From a virus (taxonomy: Duplodnaviria > Caudoviricetes): a stretch of 64,000 bases of DNA. The translations under genes and the position numbers were made by a program. Positions within the stretch are counted from its first letter, which is position 1, and every line of letters begins with the position of its first letter. The DNA lies in IMG/VR virus record IMGVR_UViG_3300028048_000142, positions 106 through 64,105 of that record; one strand, written 5' to 3'. The notes under the pieces are model-generated. The model was not told the DNA's origin. It saw only the letters and a program-made list of their open reading frames with translations, and made no database searches. This document shows, in pieces, positions 39,668 through 48,923 of this stretch.

Positions 39668-40504
39668 TGCTCAAAGTTGCAATAAACTATTTGAGTTTGG
39701 CAATAGTTTATTAGCAGTTTGAAGTGTTTTGATTACTTTTTAACCAACTGAATGAACCTAGAGCAAGGCTCTGAACTGTTACAGACTTCTAAAAACATGC
39801 TCAAAGTGGCGATAAACTATTTAAGAATGCCAATAGTTTATTAGCAGTTTGAAGTGTTTTGATTACTTTTTAACCAACTGTATGAACCTAGAGCAAGGCT
39901 CTGAACTGTTACAGACTTCTAAAAACATGCTCAAAGTGGCGATAAACTATTTAAGAATGCCAATAGTTTATTAGCAGTTTGAACACATTTGATTACTTTT
40001 TAAACAACTGTATGAACTTAGAACACGGTTCTTAACTGTTACAGAATCCAAAAACATGCTCAAAGTAGCGATAAACTATTTAAGAATGCCAATAGTTTAT
40101 TAGCAGTTTGAACACATTTGATTACTTTTTAAACAACTGTATGAACTTAGAACACGGTTCTTAACTGTTACAGAATCCAAAAACATGCTCAAAGTAGCGA
40201 TAAACTATTTAAGAATGCCAATAGTTTATTAGCAGTTTGAAGTGTTTTGATTACTTTTTAACCAACTGTATGAACCTAGAGCAATGCTCTGAACTGTTAC
40301 AGACTTCTAAAAACATGCTCAAACTATCAATAAACTATTTCAGTTTCCAAATAGTTTATTAGCACTTTGAAAGGTTTTGTTCACTTTTTAACCAACTGTA
40401 TGAACATAGAACACGGTTCTTAACTGTTACAGAATCCTAAAAACATGCTCAAAGTGGCGATAAACTATTTCAGTTTCCCAAAGGTTTATTAGCACTTTGA
40501 GCAT
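39668..40504 (+). repeat. tandem array of about 6.4 units of 129-130 bp
   Basis: TGCTCAAA recurs at 39668, 39798, 39928, 40057, 40186, 40316, 40446; each unit holds two hairpins. Confidence 0.97.
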
Positions 40505-40575
40505 GAAAATTAAAAAACTAAAAATAAATATAAATAAAAATAAAGAATTATATCATTACGAAAGGAATTCAAAAA

Positions 40576-41403
40576 ATGATTGATACAGTAAAATCGCCTA
40601 TCGAGGGTAGATTTAAAGTTGAAGTTTTAAAAGATTTTGAAGTAATCGATAGCTTTGAAGATCACAATACTATCTGTATAAATGCCAGACGTGGCATGGC
40701 AAGTATTTTTTCAAATATAATTGAAGCATTTCAAAAGCCACATGCATGTAGGCTTGCACTCGGAACTTGCGGTGTTACTAAAAACAGATTTACCCCAAGG
40801 GTAGAAAATAAGACTTATACTAGAGATTTGCAGCATTTGTTCACTGAACAATATGCAGATGATTATATTACAAACTATTCATCACAGACTGCAAATGTAC
40901 TTACACCGTACAAGATTTACAGATATAACGATGAGTATTACAGATATTTAAATCCTGATAATGCGGATTCTTATACTATCAATCATGCATTGTTATCAAA
41001 TACCAAAGTTTTTGAAAAGGATTATAAACCATATCTGTATACAGTACCGTTCGATATCTTTGATAAAACATTCTACTCTGCAGACTTAGGTTATAAAATG
41101 AAAGTTGACCGTTCAAAGGCTCAGTGTGAAGCATTTGTGAACGTTGTCAATACCACCGATGCTACAGATAACGATGGTAATGTAATAAGCAATTTTAAGA
41201 GTACAGTTCAATTCGTTTGGGTTATCCCAAAGAACTATGCAAATAATCAAATCAGCAGTTCCGAATACGATACCCAGATGACTTTCTTTAATGAAGCATG
41301 TTTATATGTGAATGACGATCAGTTATTCTGTTATCGTGCATTCCCAACCAAGGTTAAAGATTCATCAACTGCACTGCGTATTACATGGAAAATTATTTTT
41401 TAA
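40576..41403 (+). CDS. putative virion (baseplate/tail) protein
   Basis: Late promoter; DHNTI.., FNEACL, FPTKVKD..LRITWKI. Confidence 0.6.
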   Translation: MIDTVKSPIEGRFKVEVLKDFEVIDSFEDHNTICINARRGMASIFSNIIEAFQKPHACRLALGTCGVTKNRFTPRVENKTYTRDLQHLFTEQYADDYITNYSSQTANVLTPYKIYRYNDEYYRYLNPDNADSYTINHALLSNTKVFEKDYKPYLYTVPFDIFDKTFYSADLGYKMKVDRSKAQCEAFVNVVNTTDATDNDGNVISNFKSTVQFVWVIPKNYANNQISSSEYDTQMTFFNEACLYVNDDQLFCYRAFPTKVKDSSTALRITWKIIF

Positions 41404-41477
41404 AAAAAAATATTAAAAAAATATAAATATGTATATACAATAACTTTAAAATTGCAATTTTATTAAGGGTTTGAACA

Positions 41478-42404
41478 ATGAATTTTAAAAATTTTATTAG
41501 ATGCAGATCAGATAGATCTGATTTTATCAATGAAAAGGAAATTGATAATCTTACAAAGTTATATCGCAAGGTTGCTAATTATTTAGGCGATGTAGATGAA
41601 AAAGTAATCCGCCGTAATCTTATGGTAAGCTTACAGCATTTCGGTATTGATGCCAATCGTGTTCGCATGTTTAAAATTCCTGAAACATGGATGAATAGAA
41701 GCAACATCAAACGTATTGAACGCAGCAAGGTTTCTACAAAGACCTTAACATTAAGACTTCTTGATGTTATGGAAGATTATAAATCACGTACTCTGTTAAC
41801 CGTTGCAGCCGATGGCGATGGTTCAGCACATATCTACATTATTGATGCTGTTAGAAGTCAACTGATTCAAGTATCAAATGAAAGAAACGTAACAATGCGT
41901 AACATTCCTTTACGTGGACAGAAAGGTGAAGTACCTCGTTTCAAGATTTTAGATATCAATTCAAGAATGATTGATAAATTAGATGTTCTTGCAATCTGGT
42001 ATCTTGTAGACAAAGATGCAGAAGTAGATTATAATTTTGATAAGTTCGACCCAAAGAAAAAGGTTGAAGAAAGCGAAAGCCGTGTTTCACGTTTTAGAAG
42101 AAACCCAAGACGTGCCGGAAAGCTTGATGAAGACTGCATCACAATTTCATTTGAAGATGAACTGCCTTGCAAGTTTTTAAGAATCCCACTGGATAATGAA
42201 TATGCTGATTGCCAGTGTGTAGATCCTGAGGATTTTGCAGAGCCGGATGATGAAGAAGTATGTTTTACAAGAAGCATCGATCCTGATAAATTCGTTGATT
42301 CCGATGATGTTGAGGATGATATTGAAGATGCAGAAGATGCAGAAGATGCAGAAAATGCAGAAGATGCAGAAAACGAACTGCTATTTGATGATGAAGAAGA
42401 ATAA
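41478..42404 (+). CDS. predicted internal head protein
   Basis: Late promoter; MNFKNFI..INE start; basic linker and acidic tail. Confidence 0.55.
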   Translation: MNFKNFIRCRSDRSDFINEKEIDNLTKLYRKVANYLGDVDEKVIRRNLMVSLQHFGIDANRVRMFKIPETWMNRSNIKRIERSKVSTKTLTLRLLDVMEDYKSRTLLTVAADGDGSAHIYIIDAVRSQLIQVSNERNVTMRNIPLRGQKGEVPRFKILDINSRMIDKLDVLAIWYLVDKDAEVDYNFDKFDPKKKVEESESRVSRFRRNPRRAGKLDEDCITISFEDELPCKFLRIPLDNEYADCQCVDPEDFAEPDDEEVCFTRSIDPDKFVDSDDVEDDIEDAEDAEDAENAEDAENELLFDDEEE

Positions 42405-42481
42405 CACAAAAAATTAAAAGTTTTTGGCATATGTGGGTTTTAAACTTGCATGTGCCTTTTTTAATGTTTGAGGAATTGAAA

Positions 42482-42727
42482 ATGGTTATCATAGAAACAG
42501 ATAAGAAAAACAACTTTGATAATATATATGAAATATTATATATTAAAGATGATGATGATTTTGAAAATTTTTTATCCGATTCTTATCAAAGACTTGATTT
42601 AGGCAAAACTGAAGAACTAATCTATTTTATCTATTCAGATGATAAATATCTCGAATACAGACCGGTGATAACTCAAATCTATTTTGATATTGTATTATTA
42701 AAAAAGTACTTTTACATCAAACGATAA
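42482..42727 (+). CDS. hypothetical protein
   Basis: GAGG SD before MVIIETDK. Confidence 0.5.
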   Translation: MVIIETDKKNNFDNIYEILYIKDDDDFENFLSDSYQRLDLGKTEELIYFIYSDDKYLEYRPVITQIYFDIVLLKKYFYIKR

Positions 42728-42937
42728 AATGAAAAAAGCCTACTTATGTAGGCTTTAGTTTCTAAGGAGTACATGTAGTTTATTTCATTATCTAAAAGGA
42801 TGATAACCTTTGTCCTATCGGACAGTTTCAATTATCTAGCATTTCATAATTTAATTCTGTTAAGTACATCACATTTTTAAACTATTCAAATGCATTTTTT
42901 AATTTTAAATATATATATTTATAGGAGAATTAAAAAA

Positions 42938-43192
42938 ATGAAAACAATCACAATTATCAAAGACAAAGACAGTTTTGAAAGCAATCCAGATAAAGAATAC
43001 ATGATTTCATGCGGCAAGATTGATCGAAATCCGCCTGCTGAATGGAGAAACCATAATATTATGGATATACTTGATATGGAATTTTCAAAGCTTAAAGAGA
43101 TGTATAATACTGCATCCACAATCAAGGATTTTGATAACCAAATCTACCGGCTTTCGGTAGCATGTCTGCATTTATGGAGAATGAACCATTAG
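42938..43192 (+). CDS. hypothetical protein
   Basis: AGGAG SD before MKTITIIK. Confidence 0.6.
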   Translation: MKTITIIKDKDSFESNPDKEYMISCGKIDRNPPAEWRNHNIMDILDMEFSKLKEMYNTASTIKDFDNQIYRLSVACLHLWRMNH

Positions 43193-43294
43193 AATTTTTC
43201 AACCATTTTTTAAAAAATATAAATATATATAAAACAATTGCAATTTTGTCCCTTGAAAGAGGGACTTCAAAACGTCTAATTAGGAGTTTAAAAA

Positions 43295-44191
43295 ATGGTT
43301 TTCTTAGAGTGGCAACAAATAGGTAAATGGTTCAGCACAGATGATGTGAATAAATCCATTCAAAATCATAATGGTAATAATCTTGCAAACAATCCATGGA
43401 AAGATTCTGCAACTAATACTGCAGATACCCCGGTTTTAATGTTATCTGCATGGTTATCAACTGGCAGTGCGCCTATCGGTGCATCAAATCCGATAATTGC
43501 CAAAGAAGGCAATACAGTTTACTTTAGAAACAATATGAATTATTTCATTGATAATCCACAAAGTAATGCAGTTTTATATAGTTCCGGTTTACGCATTGCT
43601 ATTGATCGAAACAAATCTATTCCATATGATTATCCGTACATAATCAAATTCAAAGCAAGAATTAACAATTATCAAAACAATAATATTACTGGTTATGAAA
43701 GTACCTATAATTTTATGAATATCTGTAATATTGATAAAAAGATAATTGACGGTAGATACAGATTGTGTTTTAACAGTACTAAAAATGTAGGTTTAACCAC
43801 AAATTCAGGACCTAAGAACGCTCAAACTGAAATTGTTTATCCACTGTCAGATGAAATCTTAAACGGTGCATGGTTTGAAGTTGAAGTTTTATGGTCTGAG
43901 TTCAAGGAAACTGTAAGAATCAACGGTTATTCAATCGGTAGTGATGATACTACAAAATCAACTTCAAGACTTGGTACTACCAAGAATGAGATATTACTTG
44001 CAACTTCATATAACAGGAATTCACATGCCCCTTGCTTTGATATTTCAGATATTGAGGTTAAGAGAATATACGAACGCACTGTTACCCCACCTTCAATTAA
44101 GATTACTCAGGAAGATGGTGAGGAAGAAAATACAGTTAAATTAACTGCACAGGCATATACAGACCCAATTCCTGATTTATCTAATCACTAA
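43295..44191 (+). CDS. putative virion protein, beta-sandwich-like
   Basis: Late promoter, AGGAG SD, N/S/T rich. Confidence 0.55.
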   Translation: MVFLEWQQIGKWFSTDDVNKSIQNHNGNNLANNPWKDSATNTADTPVLMLSAWLSTGSAPIGASNPIIAKEGNTVYFRNNMNYFIDNPQSNAVLYSSGLRIAIDRNKSIPYDYPYIIKFKARINNYQNNNITGYESTYNFMNICNIDKKIIDGRYRLCFNSTKNVGLTTNSGPKNAQTEIVYPLSDEILNGAWFEVEVLWSEFKETVRINGYSIGSDDTTKSTSRLGTTKNEILLATSYNRNSHAPCFDISDIEVKRIYERTVTPPSIKITQEDGEEENTVKLTAQAYTDPIPDLSNH

Positions 44192-44241
44192 AATGTTTTA
44201 ACGGTTGCCCCTTTAAGGGGCAACTTATAAGAGGTGACAAA

Positions 44242-44853
44242 ATGGCAGAAAAACAATTAACATCTGTAACCAAATTATATAAAATCTATCCAAAAGCAAA
44301 ACCGGGGATTTTTGAAGTTCTTGATACTGAAATGACCAAAGAAAATTTTACCTTGATTGATAAGGAAAATTTTCTTGCTCAAGCAGCACATGAAAGCAAC
44401 GGTTTCAGCACTTTTGTTGAAAACCTTAATTATAGTGCCGATGGGTTAAGACGTGTTTTTGGAAAGTATTTCAAGAATAAAGATCTCAATTATTATGCAC
44501 GTAATCCTGAAAGAATAGGAAGCCTAGTTTATGCTAACCGCATGGGAAACGGTGATGAGCAGTCAAAAGACGGTTATCGTTACCGTGGACGTGGAATATT
44601 TCAGATTACCGGCAAGAACAATTACCAACGTTGTACATGGCATTTAAAGATTGACTGTATCAAGAATCCTGAATACCTTGAAAGCATCGAGGGTGCTGCA
44701 AAGAGTGCTATCTGGTTCTGGAAATCAAACAATCTAAGCGGTAATATGTCTAATGAAGATATTACAAAAGCAATAAATGGTGGTTTAAACGGTTTACAAG
44801 ACAGAATAAATCATCTTTATGCGATTAGAAAGTTTTTAAGAAACCCTAATTAA
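44242..44853 (+). CDS. glycoside hydrolase family 19 endolysin
   Basis: FLAQAAHES, YRGRGIFQITGKNNY, INGGLNGLQDR. Confidence 0.93.
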   Translation: MAEKQLTSVTKLYKIYPKAKPGIFEVLDTEMTKENFTLIDKENFLAQAAHESNGFSTFVENLNYSADGLRRVFGKYFKNKDLNYYARNPERIGSLVYANRMGNGDEQSKDGYRYRGRGIFQITGKNNYQRCTWHLKIDCIKNPEYLESIEGAAKSAIWFWKSNNLSGNMSNEDITKAINGGLNGLQDRINHLYAIRKFLRNPN

Positions 44854-44941
44854 AATGTTTCCCCCACTTATTGTGGGGGTTTTATTTTTGTGATATGCAT
44901 TGAAGTTTTTATTATATTATATATAATAAAAATATAAAACT

Positions 44942-45112
44942 ATGATGTTGAATGACGTATCTTATGCAGATTTAATCAATAATAAAAACATTCTACTTGT
45001 TGATGACATTATAAGTCATTGTTCATCAAACAAAGAATCTATCCGAACTCTCAAAGACCAATACGAGCCAAAGAAAATTGATGTTTTGACTTTGCTATCA
45101 AAAAGATATTAA
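44942..45112 (+). pseudogene. phosphoribosyltransferase C-terminal fragment
   Basis: 56 aa with degenerate PRPP motif KNILLVDDIISHCSS. Confidence 0.5.
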
Positions 45113-45153
45113 AAATCCGTTATAAATAATAATAAGACACCAGTGGGATATCT

Positions 45154-46236
45154 ATGCTCAAAGTTTTTCAATCAATACTTGAAAGGTTCAAAATGCTAAA
45201 AGAAAGTGAGATTATAAATGTAGTTAAAAACTATGATGGTTTATATGATGTGACTTTAGATAAACCGTCAAACGATTACGATCATTACTTTGTGAACTGG
45301 AGAGATGTACCTAGATATGATAGTGATGGTAAACTCATTCCGCCGGAAGTATTCAAGGAAAAGATTATTGACTCATTCGGTGAAGTGCATTTTGCACAGA
45401 ATTATGAATGTTCTTTTATCGGTTCGAGTCATACACTGATAGATCCAGAAGTATTAAAAGATTTTTCATCAATCGAGCCTTTATATCAAAGAGATGGATT
45501 TTTGAATGTGTTTGAAGAACCAATCAAGAACCACAAATACATTTTAGCAGTAGATCCGGCTAAAACAGGTCTTGATGCTTTTGCTTCACATATATTAGAT
45601 ATTACCACATTCCCTTTTAAACAAGTGTGTTCTGCACAAATATATAAATGTAACTGGCAGATAATGCCGGAATATGTTAATGAATGGGGAATATCATATA
45701 ATAATGCATTTATCATTATAGAAAACAATGAGGGTGCAGGAACTTTCATAGCAGAGATGCTTAGAACGGAATTTGAGTATGATAATTTATTCTTTGAAAG
45801 AAAGACAAATCAAAACAATCCAAACGGTAAAAAAGTAAAAGAAGCCGGTTTTAGAACTACCACTAAATCAAGAAAATTGATTTTAGATACTTTAAAACTA
45901 TTTATGAATAATAAACAGCTTATTATAAATGATAAGAATACTATAACAGAGTTTTATACTTTCATAAATAAAAACGGTAAATATCAAGCTGATGACGGTT
46001 GCCATGATGATATGATAATGTCTTTAGCCCTTGCTTTTGCCCCTTTCTGTAATTCTCATAACTTTGAAGATTTCAGGGAATTGATTAAACAAATCTATTC
46101 CTCAAATTCTGAAGATGCAGTAAGTAAAAATAGTAGTATAACCGATTATATGGTAATCGGTTCATTTGATGATGCGAACGATCAGAACTACAAAAATCAT
46201 GATTATCAATCATCTAGGATGAGTGACTTTTTCTAG
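45154..46236 (+). CDS. gp17: terminase large subunit, nuclease half only
   Basis: FAQNYECSFIGSS, LAVDPA, IENN, GFRTT, DGCHDDMIMSL; no Walker A/B. Confidence 0.9.
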   Translation: MLKVFQSILERFKMLKESEIINVVKNYDGLYDVTLDKPSNDYDHYFVNWRDVPRYDSDGKLIPPEVFKEKIIDSFGEVHFAQNYECSFIGSSHTLIDPEVLKDFSSIEPLYQRDGFLNVFEEPIKNHKYILAVDPAKTGLDAFASHILDITTFPFKQVCSAQIYKCNWQIMPEYVNEWGISYNNAFIIIENNEGAGTFIAEMLRTEFEYDNLFFERKTNQNNPNGKKVKEAGFRTTTKSRKLILDTLKLFMNNKQLIINDKNTITEFYTFINKNGKYQADDGCHDDMIMSLALAFAPFCNSHNFEDFRELIKQIYSSNSEDAVSKNSSITDYMVIGSFDDANDQNYKNHDYQSSRMSDFF

Positions 46237-46568
46237 TCCTGTGGTTCATCGTCAGATGGCGGTCTTATATCCATAGAATGAACAGTCCTTGACTTTGCAT
46301 ATGCATTTGAACCAAAATACACGCTGACTAAGCCGGAGATACTCATAAAATAGATGTTACTCATATCTTCAAGTAATTTTGCTGCATTTTCCAAGTTAAA
46401 ATAAGAGCATATAATGACTAAGAAAGGATATAAAAGCATTCCACCGAGAAGAAACCAAATCATCCACCGCTGAGAATCTTCCTTTTGATCTTCATTTTCA
46501 AGCCTTAACAGTTTTGCTCTAATTATAAGTTCTTGTTCAGTCAAGGCATTGTGAGGTTTGTGTTCCAT
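46233..46568 (-). CDS. two-TM membrane protein, holin-like
   Basis: Two hydrophobic helices ending YFGS; near the endolysin. Confidence 0.5.
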   Translation of the reverse strand: MEHKPHNALTEQELIIRAKLLRLENEDQKEDSQRWMIWFLLGGMLLYPFLVIICSYFNLENAAKLLEDMSNIYFMSISGLVSVYFGSNAYAKSRTVHSMDIRPPSDDEPQD

Positions 46569-46696
46569 ATTATGTGCCTTTTTTACAATTTTTCGTTTTC
46601 TATATATATTTATATAATATATATTAATTTTTAGAAAAATAAAAAGAGCCATATTTAATGGCTCTTTGATTTTTCTCGTTAGAAGTGGAGAGGATT

Positions 46697-47068
46697 TTAA
46701 TTCTTTTTAGCAGTCGGGGTTAAACTGATACGTTCACTTAATTTAGTGTACTGAGCGAGTTCAGACTCGTTAAGCATACCCACGTTAATTGCACTTTTAA
46801 CCTTTGATGCATCTACCTTTAATACGAGGGTTGATGGGGCTTTTTCCTTCAGATAATCGATTGCACCATCGTAATCCTTATAGATTGCCTTTTTCATAGT
46901 AATACTGTTTTCTGCAGTTTCAAGTTTCTTTACATTCAAGCTGTCCATCTGTTCAACAATTACAGATTTTAAGGTCTTCATCTGGTCTTCGATTTCCTTT
47001 GCTTTAGCAGCAAGGTCACAGTAGGTGTCAATGATTGAGTTTAATTCAGTAGCGTTTAAATTTTCCAT
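46697..47068 (-). CDS. coiled-coil early protein
   Basis: Start MENLN; sigma70 promoter and CRP box upstream. Confidence 0.6.
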   Translation of the reverse strand: MENLNATELNSIIDTYCDLAAKAKEIEDQMKTLKSVIVEQMDSLNVKKLETAENSITMKKAIYKDYDGAIDYLKEKAPSTLVLKVDASKVKSAINVGMLNESELAQYTKLSERISLTPTAKKN

Positions 47069-47173
47069 AATTTTTCTTCCTTTCATTTCGTTGTTTCGTT
47101 TTATGCTTTATATATTACTCAAAATGATTTAAAAAGTCAAACATATTTCATTAAAAATGTGATATATATCACA

Positions 47174-47692
47174 CTAATTATATGGGTTTATATTAAATTC
47201 CTCAAAGAGTACTTTCAAGCCTTTAGTCAACTTCTTGGACTTAGGATATTCCAACGGTTTCTTATTAGGGTATTTAACTTTATACTCTTTATTAAGTTTA
47301 TTAAAGTTCTTTTTAGATACATCTTTTTCTTTTTTAACTTCGGATGGGTGAATGTATGGATATGGTTCTTGCTCGTAATATTCAATCAGTTTTCTTAACC
47401 AGTTTATTCGGTCCTGTGGAGTTCTAGCACCTTGAAATCTGCTCGTTGAATTCCAAATTTTTCCCTCAGAAAGATTGTCCTCTTGGCATAATACACCTCT
47501 GACAAGACCATCTCCATTAACCCCATTCTTATCAGATTTTCTCTGCTTGTGTTGATGATCTAAAACTGAATTTTCTAATGTTAACTCTTTACCGCAAATT
47601 GCACATCTGTATCCTTGCTTTTCTAATAACATCTGCTTTATAGTTTTAATATCTTTAGTTTTCAAATTTGTCAAAGTTTCTAATTCTTCCAT
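47174..47692 (-). CDS. gp49: recombination endonuclease VII-like
   Basis: CAICG..LDHQH..GLVRGVLC..N..EG. Confidence 0.85.
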   Translation of the reverse strand: MEELETLTNLKTKDIKTIKQMLLEKQGYRCAICGKELTLENSVLDHQHKQRKSDKNGVNGDGLVRGVLCQEDNLSEGKIWNSTSRFQGARTPQDRINWLRKLIEYYEQEPYPYIHPSEVKKEKDVSKKNFNKLNKEYKVKYPNKKPLEYPKSKKLTKGLKVLFEEFNINPYN

Positions 47693-47800
47693 ACTGATAT
47701 CCTTTTTCTAAAAATTCAGGTATTTAACATGAAATATTAATTATTAATATATATTATATATATAAATATATAAAAAATAATTTTTTAATGGAGATTTTTT

Positions 47801-48289
47801 GTGAAAAAGTATCATCAAGGTTGGTATCCTCTGTCAAATCCTGAAAAATACATCAAACCGGCAGATGGATATATGAAAAGTACTAAGCTTTATGACGGTA
47901 AAATCTTCATTCAGTACAAAAGTTCGCTTGAAAAGAACGCTATTAAGTATGCAGATTTGAATCCAAAGGTCTTGAAATGGTCACAGGAACCTTTCTGCAT
48001 TCAATATATCAAGCCTATTGACAATAAGGAACACAGATATTTTGTAGATATGTATATTGAGTTTGTGAATGGTTATAAAGTAATAGTGGAGATTAAGCCG
48101 TATGATCAAACCATACCGCCTAAAAAACCTAAGAAAATGACCTCTAAACAGATAATAAACTATAAAGACAGTGTAATGACATATATTGTCAATAAAGCTA
48201 AATGGAACTCTGCAAGTAACTTTGCAAAGTCAAAAGGGTTAAAATTTGTCATATTAACCGAAAAACAGCTTAATCCAACTAAAACTTAG
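47801..48289 (+). CDS. gp4: head completion nuclease
   Basis: NPEKY, YKSSLE, WSQE, HRYFVD, VEIKP, NKAKW, ILTE. Confidence 0.9.
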   Translation: MKKYHQGWYPLSNPEKYIKPADGYMKSTKLYDGKIFIQYKSSLEKNAIKYADLNPKVLKWSQEPFCIQYIKPIDNKEHRYFVDMYIEFVNGYKVIVEIKPYDQTIPPKKPKKMTSKQIINYKDSVMTYIVNKAKWNSASNFAKSKGLKFVILTEKQLNPTKT

Positions 48290-48920
48290 GCAAATTATTC
48301 TTATAAGATGGTAGCTGTATTCTGCCATTTAACATATACACTGTTTCCGAATTCTTTATAAGTAAATCCTGTAATTTGAAAATCTTGAAGTTCAAGTCTT
48401 TTTCAAATGTTACTAAATCTTTGTCTTTAGTAATAAGAATATCTTCTCTAGGAATAAAGTTCGGAACAAGTTCGGAGTTTATTAAATATACTCTGTATTT
48501 ATTACGATAAAATTTACCAAAATACCATAGTTTAATCCCTTTCATATTAGCAGACAGTTTTAGTGCCTGCTCTTTAGAACGTATATGCACAAAAGCCGAA
48601 TAAGTTGACTTCGTTGCTTCCTCAAAAGCATCATTAACAATAAATCTGCTAATGTTATCCCGTGTGTCATTACCTCTGCGGTAATGTTTCCAGAAGTCAG
48701 CCGTTTTAATCGGCTTTGCAACTGAAACCATATGCTGTTTATCAATTCTTTCCGCTTTGGTATAATCAAGCAGATTCGGCTCTGTTTTAATGTCAAGATA
48801 CCAGTTAAAAGGCGGTCTTACACAAATAAACTCACGATATTCGCATTTATTATTTTCGAGTGAATTTTTACATCGATTGTAAAATTCAACATCGTAAAAC
48901 GGATCTAACGTAATCAGCAT
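48279..48920 (-). CDS. hypothetical protein
   Basis: 213 aa ORF starting 3 nt after the IS605 right end. Confidence 0.65.
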   Translation of the reverse strand: MLITLDPFYDVEFYNRCKNSLENNKCEYREFICVRPPFNWYLDIKTEPNLLDYTKAERIDKQHMVSVAKPIKTADFWKHYRRGNDTRDNISRFIVNDAFEEATKSTYSAFVHIRSKEQALKLSANMKGIKLWYFGKFYRNKYRVYLINSELVPNFIPREDILITKDKDLVTFEKDLNFKIFKLQDLLIKNSETVYMLNGRIQLPSYKNNLPKF

Positions 48921-48923
48921 TGT

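Noticed and set aside
39668-40504. CRISPR array
   Set aside because: Units are 129-130 bp, repeated along their whole length with no unique spacers; no cas genes nearby
42322-42375. 9-bp tandem repeat GAAGATGCA
   Set aside because: Coding low-complexity EDA repeat in an acidic tail
45154-45300. Split intein C-fragment at the terminase N-terminus
   Set aside because: No terminal HN followed by C/S/T, so protein splicing is unsupported
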